Shown here piece by piece: positions 62,392 through 64,000 of a stretch of 64,000 bases of DNA; position 1 is the first letter of the stretch; each line of letters begins with the position of its first letter. Location of the stretch: NCBI GenBank assembly GCA_039815185.1, contig JBCBZT010000020.1, forward strand, positions 64,258 through 128,257. Direction: 5' to 3'. This DNA comes from Cyanobacteria bacterium P01_A01_bin.123. GTDB lineage: Bacteria > Cyanobacteriota > Cyanobacteriia > Phormidesmidales > Phormidesmidaceae. The notes under the pieces are model-generated. The model ran no database searches, had not been told where the DNA came from, and was given only the letters and a program-made list of their open reading frames with translations. The translations under genes were made by a program, and so were the position numbers.

Positions 62392-62895
62392 GATCCCCCG
62401 CTGCCGCTGCCCCATTATCAAGTAAGGCTGATTCTCTTACAGAAGAAAATTCTAGTAACAGTTTTTTGTAAAAGCACTCACAGGTTATCAGGCCCCCCTA
62501 GCCCCCCAATCCTGGGGGGGGACAAGACTCAAAGCCCCCAAGCTTGGGGGTTTGGGGGCCTCAAAAACCTTCAATGACTTTGACAGTGGCTTTCCCTCAG
62601 GAATATCTTTTGGCTAAAGAATCAACCCTACCCTCAACAAGGGGGCCATCCAACCTAGGATTAGGACATCACGCTTTGCACTGAGGCAGAGATAAAACCA
62701 ATCTTGGTTGCGACGCTAAGATCCTAGAGATCCCCCGCTGTCGCTGCCCCCTTGATAAGGGGGCTATACTGACTCGGATTAAGGTGACACCGTTTGTAAT
62801 GAAGAGAGTAGTTTGACCCCACAAAATTCCTCCGAATCCCTTTGAGAACAGCCAATAGAGTTGCCCCCCTTCATAAGGGGGAATGGGGGGATCTC
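62391..62895. repeat. Cluster of palindromic ATCCCCC...CCCCTT.ATAAGGGGG repeats
   Basis: AGATCCCCCGCTG(C/T)CGCTGCCCC at about 62391 and 62728, plus an inverted-type copy at about 62864-62895. Confidence 0.75.
62422..62631. mobile_element. MITE-like insertion with imperfect ~30-bp terminal inverted repeats and internal hairpins
   Basis: Left end GTAAGGCTGATTCT versus reverse complement of right end GTAGGGTTGATTCT; splits the first palindromic repeat. Confidence 0.65.
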
Positions 62896-62917
62896 ACCGT
62901 AACACGACCCATCCAAT

Positions 62918-64000
62918 ATGGAATTAGATCCGCAAAATCAAGACGCCTATGATGATCTGATCACGGCCATCGAGGCTGGGGGCCAGCGATTGAGCTTGCT
63001 GATTGCGGTGTGTGATGACAGTCGTCTACGGGAGGCGATCATTCAGCGCTACGAAGCCGAGCTTAGCCCAGAGTGGCAGTGCCGCCAGGTGGCACTTGCC
63101 CACGATAAGCCCAGCCTTAAAACTGCTATTGCTAATGCGGTGCCCAATGACTCGACGCGACCTGCTCTGGTAACAGTACTGGGAGCTGAACAGCTCCACT
63201 TCCTCAAGTTTGACCAAGACAAATCGGAGCAGGAAGAATTTCTGGGCTATTTGCAGTGGACTCGGGAAGCGCTGCGGGAGTTTCAGTTGCCGATTGTGCT
63301 GTGGTTAACTAATCAGCTTGTGGCTCAGGTAAGTAAATCGGCCAAAGATTTTTGGAGCTGGCGAAAAGATGTGTTTCGCTTTAGCTCGAAGAAAACAGGC
63401 GGCATTTCACGAGCGGATTTAGACGACTTACGCGATCACTTCCAGGGAGTTGAATTGCCAAGCGAGGATGCATTTGCCTTGCCGCTAAAAGACTTAGAAG
63501 TGATGATTGAGCACACTTCAACTCAGAATCCTGACGATCCGCTGTTGGCGACGCTGTATCAAAACGTGGGGAATGTTTATCTCAAACGAGCTGAGTCAGG
63601 AGAGTTTCAAGACTATCAACGAGAGCTAAATCAGGCAATTGTTTATTATCAGCAAGCTATCAATTTAAGGAAAAAACTTGAACCATCAGAAGATTTAGCC
63701 GAGACTTTAAATCAACTAGCTCGGATTCATTTTCTCTCAGGAGATTACAGTGAAGCCGAACCGCCCTATCTACAAGCGCTGCAACTGAAGCAGAAACTCC
63801 TCGGCGATGAGCATCCGGATGTGGCCAACAGCCTCAACAATTTAGCCGGACTGTACTTCTCGCAGGGGCGCTACAGCGAAGCCGAACCGCTCTATCTGCA
63901 ATCGCTGCAACTGAGGCAGAAACTCCTCGGCGATGACCATCCGGATGTGGCCTACAGTCTCAACAATTTAGCCTTACTGTACTCCTCGCAGGGGCGCTAC
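62918..64000 (+). CDS. Tetratricopeptide-repeat protein with an N-terminal DFWSWR-motif domain (runs off right edge)
   Basis: Manual translation MELDPQNQDAYDDL...LQWTREALREFQLPIVLW...AKDFWSWRKDVF..., followed by 42-aa repeats LGDEHPDVANSLNNLA..Y.SQGRY. Confidence 0.9.
   Translation, partial: MELDPQNQDAYDDLITAIEAGGQRLSLLIAVCDDSRLREAIIQRYEAELSPEWQCRQVALAHDKPSLKTAIANAVPNDSTRPALVTVLGAEQLHFLKFDQDKSEQEEFLGYLQWTREALREFQLPIVLWLTNQLVAQVSKSAKDFWSWRKDVFRFSSKKTGGISRADLDDLRDHFQGVELPSEDAFALPLKDLEVMIEHTSTQNPDDPLLATLYQNVGNVYLKRAESGEFQDYQRELNQAIVYYQQAINLRKKLEPSEDLAETLNQLARIHFLSGDYSEAEPPYLQALQLKQKLLGDEHPDVANSLNNLAGLYFSQGRYSEAEPLYLQSLQLRQKLLGDDHPDVAYSLNNLALLYSSQGRY

Noticed and set aside
63745..64000. TPR repeat variation as a diversity-generating retroelement target
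   Set aside because: No reverse transcriptase or template repeat in the window, and only about two repeat units are visible.

Overview
Cyanobacterial chromosome segment, based on abundant HIP1 (GCGATCGC) octamers and cyanobacterial-type genes; probably a filamentous Leptolyngbya-like organism (inference). Bases 1 to about 34,000 hold a minus-strand, AT-rich, HIP1-poor exopolysaccharide cluster that runs off the left edge. It encodes Wza, Wzc, a Wzy/ligase-like protein, a HepA/PglK-like ABC exporter, about 10 glycosyltransferases, an acyltransferase, six intact sulfotransferases and one broken one. It also contains IS1 and IS630 relics, a duplicated MITE-like element and two internal duplications. 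Bases 34,000-64,000 are HIP1-rich. They carry tRNA-Pro(UGG), GNAT, ACT-like and SLH genes, and a YyaL-like gene apparently collapsed at a HIP1 site. They also carry an ECF sigma factor fused to a ClpX-type zinc finger, and a hydrogenase-maturation protease and a tripartite ABC exporter that share a symmetric divergent promoter. The rest includes a Tat-signal caspase-like protease, MutS2, a hybrid kinase-adenylate cyclase, DUF790, a CheY-like regulator and a P-loop ATPase/TPR gene pair. The best candidates for undescribed systems are the ECF-ClpX zinc finger unit, the divergent protease/exporter module and the ATPase-TPR pair. All family calls come from motif recognition by eye, not database searches.
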